Shown: in pieces, positions 9,980 to 19,646 of the stretch
Position numbering within the stretch: position 1 is the first letter of the stretch
How the letters are laid out: every line of letters begins with the position of its first letter
Assembly: GCA_038247415.1 (NCBI GenBank)
Contig: JBBRUX010000001.1
Location: 1 to 64,000 of the forward strand
Length of the DNA stretch: 64,000 nt
Direction: 5' to 3'
DNA from: Chitinivibrionales bacterium
GTDB taxonomy: Bacteria; Fibrobacterota; Chitinivibrionia; Chitinivibrionales; WJKA01
Made by a program: the position numbers and the translations under genes
Notes under the pieces: model-generated
The model's database searches: none
Seen by the model: only the letters and a program-made list of their open reading frames with translations
What the model was told of the DNA's origin: nothing

Positions 9980-10224
9980 AAATCTCCATACAGGAAACAT
10001 GCTCGATACTTCGAGGGACACTAGTAAAAATGGCTCTTTTTTTGTGGTAAAGCAACTATTTATGCTTTTTTTACATCAAGTGCTCTAATTCACTCAAAAA
10101 GCTTCGCACGTATCTAATACAGTGTAAGCAACAATTGGTGCAAGGCGCTATTTTATCTGTGTTTGATTGTAGCCATATATATAGTATATAATCTCGGAAC
10201 CACCTTTTTCCGCAAGGATTTTTT

Positions 10225-10779
10225 ATGGGTGAAGCTAAAAAAGCACTCCACGCGATGAATCTTATAGCCATCACCTTTAATCGGTCAGTTCCCTACGAGC
10301 CAACTCTTGCCACGCTCGTTCATCTATTTGGGCCTGTCGAATGCACCTATGGACCAATCGAATTTACTCATACAGAATATTATGCCCAAGAAATGGGAGA
10401 TAGCCTAAAAAAGATTTATTTCTCGTTTTCAAATCTTATCGATCGAACAACATTACCACGTATCAAAAACAAAACAAACGAACTCGAAATGGCATGTGCG
10501 ATACAAGGCAAGCGCAGTATCAATATCGACCCGGGCTACATCACAAACGACAAACTTGTTCTCGCGTCAACCAAAGACTTCTTTCATCGCATCTATCTCG
10601 ACCAAGGGATTTACGCAGAAATTACTCTCCATTATCGCAAAGGATGCTATCGTTTTTTCTCGTGGACCTACCCCGATTACAAAGAACCCGAATTCTTAAA
10701 ATTCCTCGAAAAATCAAGGGCTTCCTATGTTCACACGCTCCGGAGCACAAGCACCAGTAAAGGAAATGATGATGTCTAA
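10225..10779 (+). CDS. DUF4416 family protein
   Basis: YYAQEMG, R.INIDPGY, LVLASTK..HRIYL..GIYAEITL and WTYPDY motifs. Confidence 0.85.
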   Translation: MGEAKKALHAMNLIAITFNRSVPYEPTLATLVHLFGPVECTYGPIEFTHTEYYAQEMGDSLKKIYFSFSNLIDRTTLPRIKNKTNELEMACAIQGKRSINIDPGYITNDKLVLASTKDFFHRIYLDQGIYAEITLHYRKGCYRFFSWTYPDYKEPEFLKFLEKSRASYVHTLRSTSTSKGNDDV

Positions 10780-11152
10780 TTGGATTCTCCCAAGCCTATT
10801 TTCCTGCGCCACAATCGGTTGTATTGGCGAAATTCTGGTTATTATCATGCCAAACCGCGCCATCGAACTTCTCGATCACGCTCAAACCGAATCGGCACCG
10901 ATCCCCACATCAACCATGTTTTTAGGCGTGCTCTCTATTTTTTCTGTAGCAACCACAATTCTTCTCTTTCTTTCCGGAGATCCTGTTTTTCGCATTTACG
11001 GCATTACCCTTTTGGCTCTCCCTCTGGTTGTATGGCTTCTCAAGCAAAAAATCAAATCTATCAAATACTTAATTGTCGGAGAATCTACCCTGTGCCTTAT
11101 CATGCTCCTTGACACGATTCGCACTATCGCACAAAAATTTGGGTGGATTTAA
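10772..11152 (+). CDS. Hypothetical membrane protein (about 4 TM)
   Basis: Several hydrophobic segments. Overlaps the DUF4416 stop and has an AAGGA RBS. Confidence 0.6.
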   Translation: MSNWILPSLFSCATIGCIGEILVIIMPNRAIELLDHAQTESAPIPTSTMFLGVLSIFSVATTILLFLSGDPVFRIYGITLLALPLVVWLLKQKIKSIKYLIVGESTLCLIMLLDTIRTIAQKFGWI

Positions 11153-11153
11153 C

Positions 11154-11352
11154 GGGGAAGAATTGATACGTCATTATGGGAGCTCCACACGAGCACATTG
11201 CTCCTTAGGTATCAAGTACGCAGATGCAGCTATTTCACAATAGCGTCATTAAACAATTCGTCAACTTTTACCAATATCTAAGAGGCGGTATTGGCAGGGG
11301 GCAAATGACGATCCGACATTGCGTTTGGCACTGTTTTCTACAAACAGTGCCA
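11154..11352. ncRNA. Candidate structured RNA / multi-hairpin intergenic element
   Basis: At least six nested or adjacent inverted repeats between convergent genes (see findings). No family recognised. Confidence 0.35.
11326..11352. terminator. 11-bp perfect hairpin between convergent genes (possible terminator or processing stem)
   Basis: TGGCACTGTTT-TCTAC-AAACAGTGCCA, with no clear U-tract. Confidence 0.4.
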
Positions 11353-11394
11353 TTGGAGAGCATCAAAGTGAGTATGGAGGAGCGAGGCCGAACA

Positions 11395-12042
11395 TTATAA
11401 TAATGGTGCAATCTGAGGTAACGGTTTGCGATACATAACACCATTTACATAAGCACTATCGAGCTCATATACAAAGGGCAATCTACCAACCGGATCAATA
11501 AGCTTGACAATACCGATTGACTGTGCGAAATCGATTTGCGAAAATCCGTGAAAGTTTCGATTCGGATAGGATAATTCAGCAACGTTTGCAAGCCTAGTAC
11601 CAAGAACGAGTGTATCTTTAAGCATATACGTTATAGGATTACCCCCACTCATAAACGACCCACTATCATCCGAAAAATTGTCAGGTAAAAAGCTTCCAAA
11701 AACGCCGCGCAAGGCAGAACTGTAAAAGGTTCCTTGCGTAGATTGTTTGAACCAGTCGTTAGTCGTTGGTCTTGTTGCTTCTACAAATGAAATCTTAAAA
11801 AAGCTAGTATCTGCATCAGTTATGGTATCAAGCACCATAATAGAAAGTTGATTTTTAGAATTTTTTTCCGTGTACTTCCACCAATTCTGTGCATTCTGAA
11901 AAGGGAAATAAGCAGAAGTGCTTGTCAAGATCGGTGGCGGGGCTTTCTCCACAACTGTGGTTGGAGCAAGGTTACAGCTTAGCATAAACATGCCAAGAAA
12001 AACAAATCCGGATACCTGCTTGACTAACAATATTTTTTTCAT
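11395..12042 (-). CDS. Hypothetical lipoprotein
   Basis: MKKILL... signal with lipobox MLSC. YFP....WWKY and FAQSIGIVK motifs are seen in beta-sheet lipoproteins. Confidence 0.7.
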   Translation of the reverse strand: MKKILLVKQVSGFVFLGMFMLSCNLAPTTVVEKAPPPILTSTSAYFPFQNAQNWWKYTEKNSKNQLSIMVLDTITDADTSFFKISFVEATRPTTNDWFKQSTQGTFYSSALRGVFGSFLPDNFSDDSGSFMSGGNPITYMLKDTLVLGTRLANVAELSYPNRNFHGFSQIDFAQSIGIVKLIDPVGRLPFVYELDSAYVNGVMYRKPLPQIAPLL

Positions 12043-12488
12043 AGCAACCCTAATCGTTTGAGTGATTGGATGCATGCTTACATGCATACACTTTAAATGG
12101 AATATAATGAATATAGATAATGCAGCCAGGTGAGCAACCCGCATAGCGTGAGCTACAGAAAAGGCCGGCTATGCCCCATAAAAAAGCAGTTACAGCCATT
12201 TCAAGAATGTCGGAGGTTTTGCTGCTGAGAGGTATGGGACAATATTTAATGTTAAGGGCAGCGCAGATATTGACTATTAAGCTATCACTCCAGGCTTGAA
12301 CCAGTTTTATTTGCCACAAAGACAACTACAGCATTTTCAATGACTTACGTAATATTTAGAGATAATTTAGAGATAATGTCGTAGCCTTCCCCTCTCAACT
12401 AGTTAATCTTTTTTGTAAACTCAACCATCTCCTGCAATTGCAATCGAATTGTCTCTTTCTGCATTCTTTCCTGGTTTATTTTGCACAA

Positions 12489-12920
12489 CTACCTCTTAAG
12501 CGCAAGCACAACCACCCCTGCTGCAACAAGTGCTATGCCGCCCCAATCGCGCAGACTGGGGCGTTCGCCAAGAAATACCACCGCAAAAAGTGCAACGAGA
12601 ACAACACTCAACTTGTCAATTGGAGCAACCTTTGAAGCATCTCCGATTTGTAAAGCTCTAAAATAGCAGACCCACGAGGCTCCGGTGGCAAGCCCCGAAA
12701 GCGTTAAAAATATCCACGTTTTAGCTGATATCTGAAATGGATTACTCCATTTGCCAGTAGTATAGACAAAAATAGAAAGTACTACAATAATGACAGCCGT
12801 TCGGACAAGGGTGGCAAGATCGGAGTTGATGCCTTGTATGCCAATTTTTGCCAAGATAGCCGTTGCTGCTGCAAATACGGCAGATAAGAATGCCCAAAAA
12901 AGCCAGGGTGTATAAGTCAT
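12489..12920 (-). CDS. EamA/DMT family transporter (single-domain)
   Basis: AILAKIGI, SDLAT.VRT, SWVCYFRALQIG.ASKVAPIDKLSV. Confidence 0.92.
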   Translation of the reverse strand: MTYTPWLFWAFLSAVFAAATAILAKIGIQGINSDLATLVRTAVIIVVLSIFVYTTGKWSNPFQISAKTWIFLTLSGLATGASWVCYFRALQIGDASKVAPIDKLSVVLVALFAVVFLGERPSLRDWGGIALVAAGVVVLALKR

Positions 12921-13041
12921 ACGATAGTATTCCTCTGCTAAAACATTTGGATTTTAATTTCTTGCAGGACACTCTATTTTCACGAATTCAGGAACTTTAT
13001 AGCTTAAGTCAAGCTTCATCTGATCCATAGCAAATTCGAGA

Positions 13042-15024
13042 TCATGAATTTTTTGATATCGATCGCTCAAGAGCCCACTGAGCAAAGAGCCCAGAGAGAA
13101 TAATTTTTTCTGCGAGAAGCGCATGTTGAGCGAGCCAGTGTGTCATATCTAGTAAACATACATTCTGCAAGGCATCGGGGGATAGCGCACTGGTATCGAG
13201 GTAGTGATAATCAGCACAGTCCACATCGGTATCTATACTTTTTAGTACACAAAGAGCATCACGACTTGTGTAAATTTCATGACGCAGGATAATGCCTGCA
13301 CTTTCCGACAAATCGTCGAGCCATGCCTGATTTACCTTATGAAGAGATGTATCGAGCAGTGCGAAAACGCGACGCATAGGATTAGGAAATGATTGCGTGG
13401 AAAACATTTTCTCAGGATAGCTGCTTTTTTTATGAGAGACAAAAGAATCGTTGACAGCATCAACAAAATCAAGTGGCATGTGTGGCGTAACTATTACGAT
13501 TACGCACAGTGCTGCAAAGGGATTTGTTTCACAATGCCGATTTATGCATCTTTTAATTTCGAGTGGCGACAGCTTGCAACCTCGAATATCCAGAACGAGT
13601 GTAAAAGTGTTTGCACTCTGGTTAAAAGATTCAGCGAAAAACGTTTCGCATCCTGTCTGATCGGATAGCCTAAAAAAAGAAAATATCTCTGCATCGGTTC
13701 CTGGAAACGATTCATGCTGATGGGATAGTGCCATAAAATCGCAGCTGCCAAAATACGGTTTCGCATAGGGTAGCGTGCTAATTCCCAGATACTCTTCTGC
13801 AAACCCTAGCGCACCTGCCAAGGAATCTGCATCCCAGGTTTTTGTTTCTACCACATGATACGGCGGTGCATTTTCGCAGGTAATGCCTAATGACTCTGCT
13901 TGAGAACGTAAGGGAGTGCCGGGCAGAACCTGCGTATGAAACACCGCAACCGACGATGCCAATCCAGCATTTTTGACAAACGATAACGTTTTCTCAAACC
14001 CTTCCATGGTATCGCTTGGGAGCCCGATCATTACATCTGTCTGAATGCCAATTTTTTTATTTGACAAAGCAGATTTCCCACGCAAAAACTGCTCTGCATT
14101 AAAACGCCGACCTACCGATGCCAGTACTTTTTTATCAATACTTTGCAAACCGGTTTCTACCATTCGTACGCCAGCTTCTGACAGCATATCTGCGATAGCA
14201 TCGGATATCGATTCTAGCCGTAACTCACAAAAGAGCGGCAGTTTTTGAGTATTGACTTTTGCAAGAAGTTGCAAGAACTCCTTAAAATCCTTACGCTGTT
14301 CGAGGCTAGGGTCGAGAAGATAGATCTCCTTGACACCCTTTTGATTAGCCCATAAAAAAAGCTCTACACATTCGACAGAATCTCGAACAAGCGGCGTTTT
14401 TTTGAGCCGACCCTGATTATAATGACAAAACGTGCACGCATAGCGACAACCACGATACATCTCGGCATGCACGACCCCATTGGGTTCGGGCACAACAAGC
14501 CTGCTCAGGAAAGGATCGTGAATGCTTTTAAGCGATGACAGTGTTGGCGCGGTAACGGGCCCAGCGGTTACTCTGCCTCCAGGAGTTAAAAGCCCGCGTA
14601 ATCCCTCTGGCATAACGCCGTACGCCAGGCACTTGAAGATAGATTCCCCTTCGCCTGCTATGGCATAATCGAATGGCGCCGCGTGGTCTAAAAGCCAGGG
14701 AGAGTCTGCTGCTACATCAGGACCACCAAGTATAATGGTAATTGCCGGAATCTGCTCCTTGATTTTTTGGCACAAATACAAGCTGCGCTCAATATTCCAT
14801 ACGGTAACACTTAATCCCAAAAGAGTTGGATTTTTATTGACAATATGCTTAATAAGCAAAGCATCGCCATAGCGCGATGCACTCGTCTGATCGCACAGCG
14901 CTATACGTGAAGGAGAATCTTGTGCATGCAGTGCAAGAGTAGCAATCCCAAGGGGCAGGTTACCCGTGTTTTCTATTGGGGCAAACATGGGAACGGGAAG
15001 CGACACAAGGAATATATCATGCAT
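13042..15024 (-). CDS. B12-binding-domain radical SAM protein
   Basis: N-terminal cobalamin-binding-like domain (LGLSVTVWN...ILGGPDV...GEGE), then RGCRYACTFC CxxxCxxC, ETGLQS and D.MIGLP. Confidence 0.9.
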   Translation of the reverse strand: MHDIFLVSLPVPMFAPIENTGNLPLGIATLALHAQDSPSRIALCDQTSASRYGDALLIKHIVNKNPTLLGLSVTVWNIERSLYLCQKIKEQIPAITIILGGPDVAADSPWLLDHAAPFDYAIAGEGESIFKCLAYGVMPEGLRGLLTPGGRVTAGPVTAPTLSSLKSIHDPFLSRLVVPEPNGVVHAEMYRGCRYACTFCHYNQGRLKKTPLVRDSVECVELFLWANQKGVKEIYLLDPSLEQRKDFKEFLQLLAKVNTQKLPLFCELRLESISDAIADMLSEAGVRMVETGLQSIDKKVLASVGRRFNAEQFLRGKSALSNKKIGIQTDVMIGLPSDTMEGFEKTLSFVKNAGLASSVAVFHTQVLPGTPLRSQAESLGITCENAPPYHVVETKTWDADSLAGALGFAEEYLGISTLPYAKPYFGSCDFMALSHQHESFPGTDAEIFSFFRLSDQTGCETFFAESFNQSANTFTLVLDIRGCKLSPLEIKRCINRHCETNPFAALCVIVIVTPHMPLDFVDAVNDSFVSHKKSSYPEKMFSTQSFPNPMRRVFALLDTSLHKVNQAWLDDLSESAGIILRHEIYTSRDALCVLKSIDTDVDCADYHYLDTSALSPDALQNVCLLDMTHWLAQHALLAEKIILSGLFAQWALERSISKNS

Positions 15025-15601
15025 GGGGATAATCCTTGCCCACAAGAGTCTTGACAGAACGTTTTTTAGTTGAAGCTTTTTTTATAGGTTTCATACATTC
15101 CTTAAGAGCAACGTCTTCGTTAAGAGCTCTCAAAACGATATGAGCACACGCTAAAGCATCCGACGCGGCATCATGGTGCCTTAGAGGGATATTAAAGTGC
15201 GAACAGACATGCGCTAACGAAGTCGGTTTTATCTTCCACACTCTTCGAGACACCTTGACGGTACATACAAAATCTGCTGCAGGCGGGACACATCCGGCCA
15301 AAGCGCAACATGTATACAGAACACTTTTATCGAAACTTGCGTTATGCGCGGCAATAAAATCGACACCCTCAAACAATGGCTCAATCAATTTCCAGACTTC
15401 ACCAAAAACAGGTTTATCGCAGACATCTGCCCATGATATCCCATGAAGATATTCAAACACCATATACTGTCGTGGCGGACGTATAAGATGCGTAACCTTT
15501 TTTACTATCTCGCCCTGCTCAACTCGTATAACAGAGAGGGCACAGGCGCTATCTCTGCCGTAATCGGCTGTTTCAAAATCGAGTGCTGCAAAAATAGCCA
15601 A
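15017..15601 (-). CDS. DEDDh 3'-5' exonuclease (DnaQ/epsilon-like)
   Basis: LDFETA, AHNASFD, HHDAASDA. TTG start after AAGGA (alternative ATG at 15622). Confidence 0.92.
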   Translation of the reverse strand: MAIFAALDFETADYGRDSACALSVIRVEQGEIVKKVTHLIRPPRQYMVFEYLHGISWADVCDKPVFGEVWKLIEPLFEGVDFIAAHNASFDKSVLYTCCALAGCVPPAADFVCTVKVSRRVWKIKPTSLAHVCSHFNIPLRHHDAASDALACAHIVLRALNEDVALKECMKPIKKASTKKRSVKTLVGKDYPHA

Positions 15602-15856
15602 TGATCTTCCTTTGAGATGCACTATTTACCGTATAATCCATTATGAAAATACCTAATGGCAGCTGCATAACGCTCTATCTCGCTTTAAGATCAAACATTC
15701 ATACACTCTATTGTGGTTTGGTGGTTTGCAAAGCTTTGGGATCTATTGAAATGCGTTATTCGACCGCACCCAAGCCGTAAGGCAAAGCCAGCGCAGTGAT
15801 TACTATGCAGGTTTCATTGGTTATTATACTAGCTGCTGCCTCACGTAGCAAATGGT

Positions 15857-15872
15857 ATACCACATATTGTGT
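15857..15872. promoter_or_regulatory. NrdR box upstream of nrdJ
   Basis: ATACCACATATTGTGT matches the acaCwAtATaTwGtgt consensus at 13/16 positions, upstream of a ribonucleotide reductase. Confidence 0.65.
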
Positions 15873-15890
15873 CTTTTTTTAAACATGCCC

Positions 15891-15920
15891 TTGACTTTCC
15901 TTTTTTAATGTGGGTATTTT
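15891..15920 (+). promoter_or_regulatory. Putative sigma70 promoter of nrdJ
   Basis: TTGACT-N18-TATTTT just downstream of the NrdR-like box. Confidence 0.4.
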
Positions 15921-16054
15921 TGTTTTATAAGGATTTTGTTAGAATAATTACTCCAGTTCGAATATATTACAATTACAATCATATAACTAAACAATTAACA
16001 GACGTAGCAGAATTCGCGTTCGTGTATATGCTACGTATGGGAGGATCATTTTAA

Positions 16055-18454
16055 ATGGTGACAGACAAAGCAATTGGCAGCATCAAGGAAGCAATATCAT
16101 CTAAACTCTTTGCATCTAAAGAGAACACTCCCGAGACTGTTGTTCGCAGCAAAGTATTGCGCGAAAAACTCCTCCAGAAAAAGGTTGGCCTCACGACAAA
16201 TGCGCGTACAGTTCTCGAAAAAAGATACCTCTTTAAAGATGATAATGGAATTGTTGTCGAAGGACCTGAAGATATGTTTTTTCGCGTTGCAGAAAATATT
16301 GCGAGTGCCGAAAAAATCTTTGACTCAGCTGCCAATCCCGATGTTTGGACAGAAAAATTTTACAACGTCATGACAGACCTGGATTTCCTTCCAAACTCAC
16401 CAACCCTCATGAATGCAGGCCGTGAACTTCAACAGCTCTCAGCATGCTTTGTGCTTCCCGTGGGGGATTCGATGGAAGAAATTTTTACGTCTGTTAAAAA
16501 TACAGCCCTTATACATAAAAGCGGCGGTGGAACTGGATTTTCCTTTTCTAATATCCGTCCAAAAAATGATCGCGTAAAGTCAACTAAAGGCGTTTCAAGC
16601 GGCCCTCTTTCTTTTATGAGAGTATTTGATATCGCTACCGAAACAGTAAAGCAAGGTGGAACACGCCGTGGCGCAAACATGGGTATTCTTAACTGCACCC
16701 ATCCAGAAATTCTCGATTTTATCGAAACAAAAGAAAAAGACGGTGTTCTTTCCAATTTCAATATTTCTGTTGGCATAACAGACGAATTCATGGAAGCTCT
16801 CAAGCGCAACGAAGAGTACCCGCTGCGTAATCCTCACACAAAAGAAGTTGTTGGGCATCTGAGCGCTTCCAAGGTATTTAAACGCATTGTTGAGCTTTCC
16901 TGGAAGAATGGTGAACCAGGCATGGTTTTTCTTGACAAAATAAATGCAGCAAATCCAACTCCCCATGTTGGAATGATGGAAGCAACCAATCCCTGCGGCG
17001 AACAACCCCTGCTTCCATATGAATCCTGCAATCTTGGATCGATCAACCTTGCTCATATGATTAAGTCTGAAAATGGTGAGAAAAAAGTAGATTTCACAAA
17101 GCTAGCCGAGACAGTTCGTTTGGCGGTCCGCTTTCTTGATAATGTTATTGAAGTTAATAAATATCCCCTTCCAGAAATCGATAAAACAACCAAGAGCAAC
17201 CGCAAAATTGGTCTTGGCGTTATGGGATTCGCCGACATGCTTGTTGAATTTGGTATTGCATATAATTCGCATGCTGCTGCAAACCTGGCAGAAGAAATCA
17301 TGAAAGCGATTGATGAAGAAGGCAAAAAAGTAAGCGCCTACCTTGCAACAGAACGGGGAGTTTTTCCTAATTATCCTGGCTCAATATTCGACAAACCAGA
17401 CGGCATCAAGATGCGCAATGCAACGGTAACAACCATAGCTCCCACAGGTACGCTTTCGATGCTTGCCTCATGCAGCTCTGGCATAGAGCCCCTTTTTGCA
17501 ATTGTCTACCAGAAAAATGTTCTTGATGGTCAACACTTTTTTGAAGTGCACCCAGCATTCGAGCGCATTGCACGAGAAGAAGGTTTCTACTCTGATGAAT
17601 TCATGAAAATGGTTGCCGAATCTGGTAGCCTCAATAAAATCTACGGAATTCCCAAAAGAATTCGTGACATTTTTGTAACTGCCCACGACATCGAGCCTCG
17701 CTGGCACATTGCTCTACAGGCAGCGTTCCAAAAATATGTCGATAATGCTGTCAGCAAAACCGTTAACTTTAGACACAATGCAACTGCAGAAGATGTCGAA
17801 GAAGTATACCGACAAGCCTACGATTTAGGCTGTAAAGGTGTTACAGTGTACCGCGATGGTTCTCGCGCCAATCAGGTATTAACTGCAGGAAGCAAGATCG
17901 ATGCGCATGGTGTTCCGGTTGCTATTGGTGGGGCTATAACCCCTCGAGCACGACCATCTATCACAAAAGGTCGCACCTACAAAACCAAAACGGGATGCGG
18001 CAATTTGTATGTCAACGTAAATGCCGATGACCACGGCTTGTGCGAAGTGTTTACACAAATGGGTAAATCGGGTGGTTGCGCAGCATCAAACTCCGAAGCT
18101 GTTGGTCGTATGATGTCTCTTTCGCTTCGGTCTGGGATAGAGCCCCATACCATAGTCGAACAACTTCGCGGGATTCGTTGCCCTGTTCCAACATGGAACG
18201 AAGGAGAAATGATTCTCTCGTGCGCAGATGCAATTGGGCGTGTTCTCGAAAAAGCAATCGCCGATTTCTCGATTGGTGCTCGTACCCTTGTCCCGAGCGC
18301 CCATGCAACATCAGAAACAAAACCATCGATTGCTATTAAATATAGCGCACTCGATTTTGGGCTTTGTCCTCAATGCCCCGAATGTGGTGGCATGATGGAA
18401 CACGAAGGCGGTTGTTCTGTTTGTAAAGTTTGCGGATTTTCGAAGTGTATGTAA
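16055..18454 (+). CDS. nrdJ: Class II (adenosylcobalamin-dependent) ribonucleotide reductase with C-terminal TSCPD domain and Zn ribbon
   Basis: PNSPTLMNAG, LSACFV, GGTRRGANM, catalytic TNPCGEQPL, TTIAPTGT, SKTVN, SCADAIG and terminal CPECG...CKVCGFSKC. Confidence 0.95.
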   Translation: MVTDKAIGSIKEAISSKLFASKENTPETVVRSKVLREKLLQKKVGLTTNARTVLEKRYLFKDDNGIVVEGPEDMFFRVAENIASAEKIFDSAANPDVWTEKFYNVMTDLDFLPNSPTLMNAGRELQQLSACFVLPVGDSMEEIFTSVKNTALIHKSGGGTGFSFSNIRPKNDRVKSTKGVSSGPLSFMRVFDIATETVKQGGTRRGANMGILNCTHPEILDFIETKEKDGVLSNFNISVGITDEFMEALKRNEEYPLRNPHTKEVVGHLSASKVFKRIVELSWKNGEPGMVFLDKINAANPTPHVGMMEATNPCGEQPLLPYESCNLGSINLAHMIKSENGEKKVDFTKLAETVRLAVRFLDNVIEVNKYPLPEIDKTTKSNRKIGLGVMGFADMLVEFGIAYNSHAAANLAEEIMKAIDEEGKKVSAYLATERGVFPNYPGSIFDKPDGIKMRNATVTTIAPTGTLSMLASCSSGIEPLFAIVYQKNVLDGQHFFEVHPAFERIAREEGFYSDEFMKMVAESGSLNKIYGIPKRIRDIFVTAHDIEPRWHIALQAAFQKYVDNAVSKTVNFRHNATAEDVEEVYRQAYDLGCKGVTVYRDGSRANQVLTAGSKIDAHGVPVAIGGAITPRARPSITKGRTYKTKTGCGNLYVNVNADDHGLCEVFTQMGKSGGCAASNSEAVGRMMSLSLRSGIEPHTIVEQLRGIRCPVPTWNEGEMILSCADAIGRVLEKAIADFSIGARTLVPSAHATSETKPSIAIKYSALDFGLCPQCPECGGMMEHEGGCSVCKVCGFSKCM

Positions 18455-18675
18455 TAGATGCGTAGCTGTTTGCAGAAGCCACAGTGCTGTCATTAAGGTG
18501 CTTGGCTCAGATTAACCAAACTAGATACGCTACCATACGATAGTTATGAGCGAGAGCGGCTATCTTTTGTATTTTCTACTTTCATACTGATCTTTTACCG
18601 CTGGTGCCTTTGAGGGGCTGGCGGTTTTTCATAAGTCAATCATATAACTGCTTCTGTAAATCTGGCCATATATTA

Positions 18676-19413
18676 TTATTCATGCTGATCTCCTTTTTTC
18701 CCAGAGACAGCAGTAATATCTTTTATCTTCTCTTCTGCTTCAATAAAATGTTTTTCAACCGCCGCAGGTTCCTCTAATTGCTTTGCCTTGAATTTATCAT
18801 ATTCCTGATTCGCCTTTTCCATTGCAGCATCGTGGCTGATATTTCCTGCATGGGTCAAAAGTCCCCGTCCTGTCATGGTTAAAAACTGGTTCAACCGTTC
18901 TATCCAATCTTGCATTGACATGGGAACACGATTTAGAGGCTGGATTTCTGCAACTTCGAGATATGCGGTAACAAGCCGATTAAGAAGATTCAATTCTTTT
19001 TCTGTCAAATAATTCTTGGCAATTTCGGTATCGCGCTTGAGCAGTGTCTTACCAGGGTAATCGGTGATACCCATATTCCGGTTGGCTGAATCTGCGCGGT
19101 TGTAGATCAGTTCCGCGGCAGTATGCCCCTGTGCTGCCTAATGCATTTTATTCTGTACCTGCTTAAAAAACTCTTGTGAAGTTTCGCCATTCGGGTTGTA
19201 GTCTATGCTGGTAGCGTAAATATCCAGTATCTTTCTCCAGAAAACTTTTTCAGAAGTGCGAATATCCCGGATACGCGCAAGGAGTTCTTCGAAGTAACGG
19301 CAACCTTCGGGTTCCTTAAGCCGAAGGTCGTCCAGCACAAAACCTTTAACAATATATTCCTTGAGTTTTTGTGTTGCCCAGATGCGAAATCGGGTGGCAG
19401 AAAACCTGTATCC
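18676..19413 (-). pseudogene. rhuM: RhuM (virulence RhuM family) pseudogene, 5'-truncated with an internal amber stop
   Basis: ATRFRIWATQKLKEYIVKGFVLDD.RLK, YFEELLARIRDIRTSEK.F, VQNKMH*AAQGHTAAELIY and IAKNYL are all in one frame. TAG at 19138-19140 sits where Trp is usual. Confidence 0.88.
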
Positions 19414-19646
19414 GAAATCTGGCTAATTTAATTAATACAACTTTCACGAGCTCTTCCAAAGTAATAATATTCGAAAACGCATGAAATGATTATCCGAGTA
19501 TTTTGTCAAGGTTCATTGTTTCACAGCCCTTGTCATATCTTCTCATTATCATCTTCTGTAAGTATACAGCATAGTTGATATATTTCAGTTTTTATGTCTT
19601 TCTCAATAATTGTCACATCAGACTTTGCTCATCCTGGAGCGGCTCT

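Noticed and set aside
12050..12325. 91-aa minus-strand ORF upstream of the lipoprotein
   Set aside because: No RBS, motif or recognisable family. Likely a spurious ORF in the promoter region.
12354..12375. Tandem repeat ATTTAGAGATA x2
   Set aside because: Only two copies in AT-rich DNA with no spacers. Not CRISPR. It may be an operator, but there is no support.
15622..16054. Possible cobalamin riboswitch between two B12-dependent genes
   Set aside because: No GGGAA / GCCACTG / AGYCAG B12-box elements found on either strand.
16055..18454. Intein or intron in nrdJ (a common host)
   Set aside because: Motifs are contiguous at normal spacing, with no inserted splicing or homing-endonuclease block.
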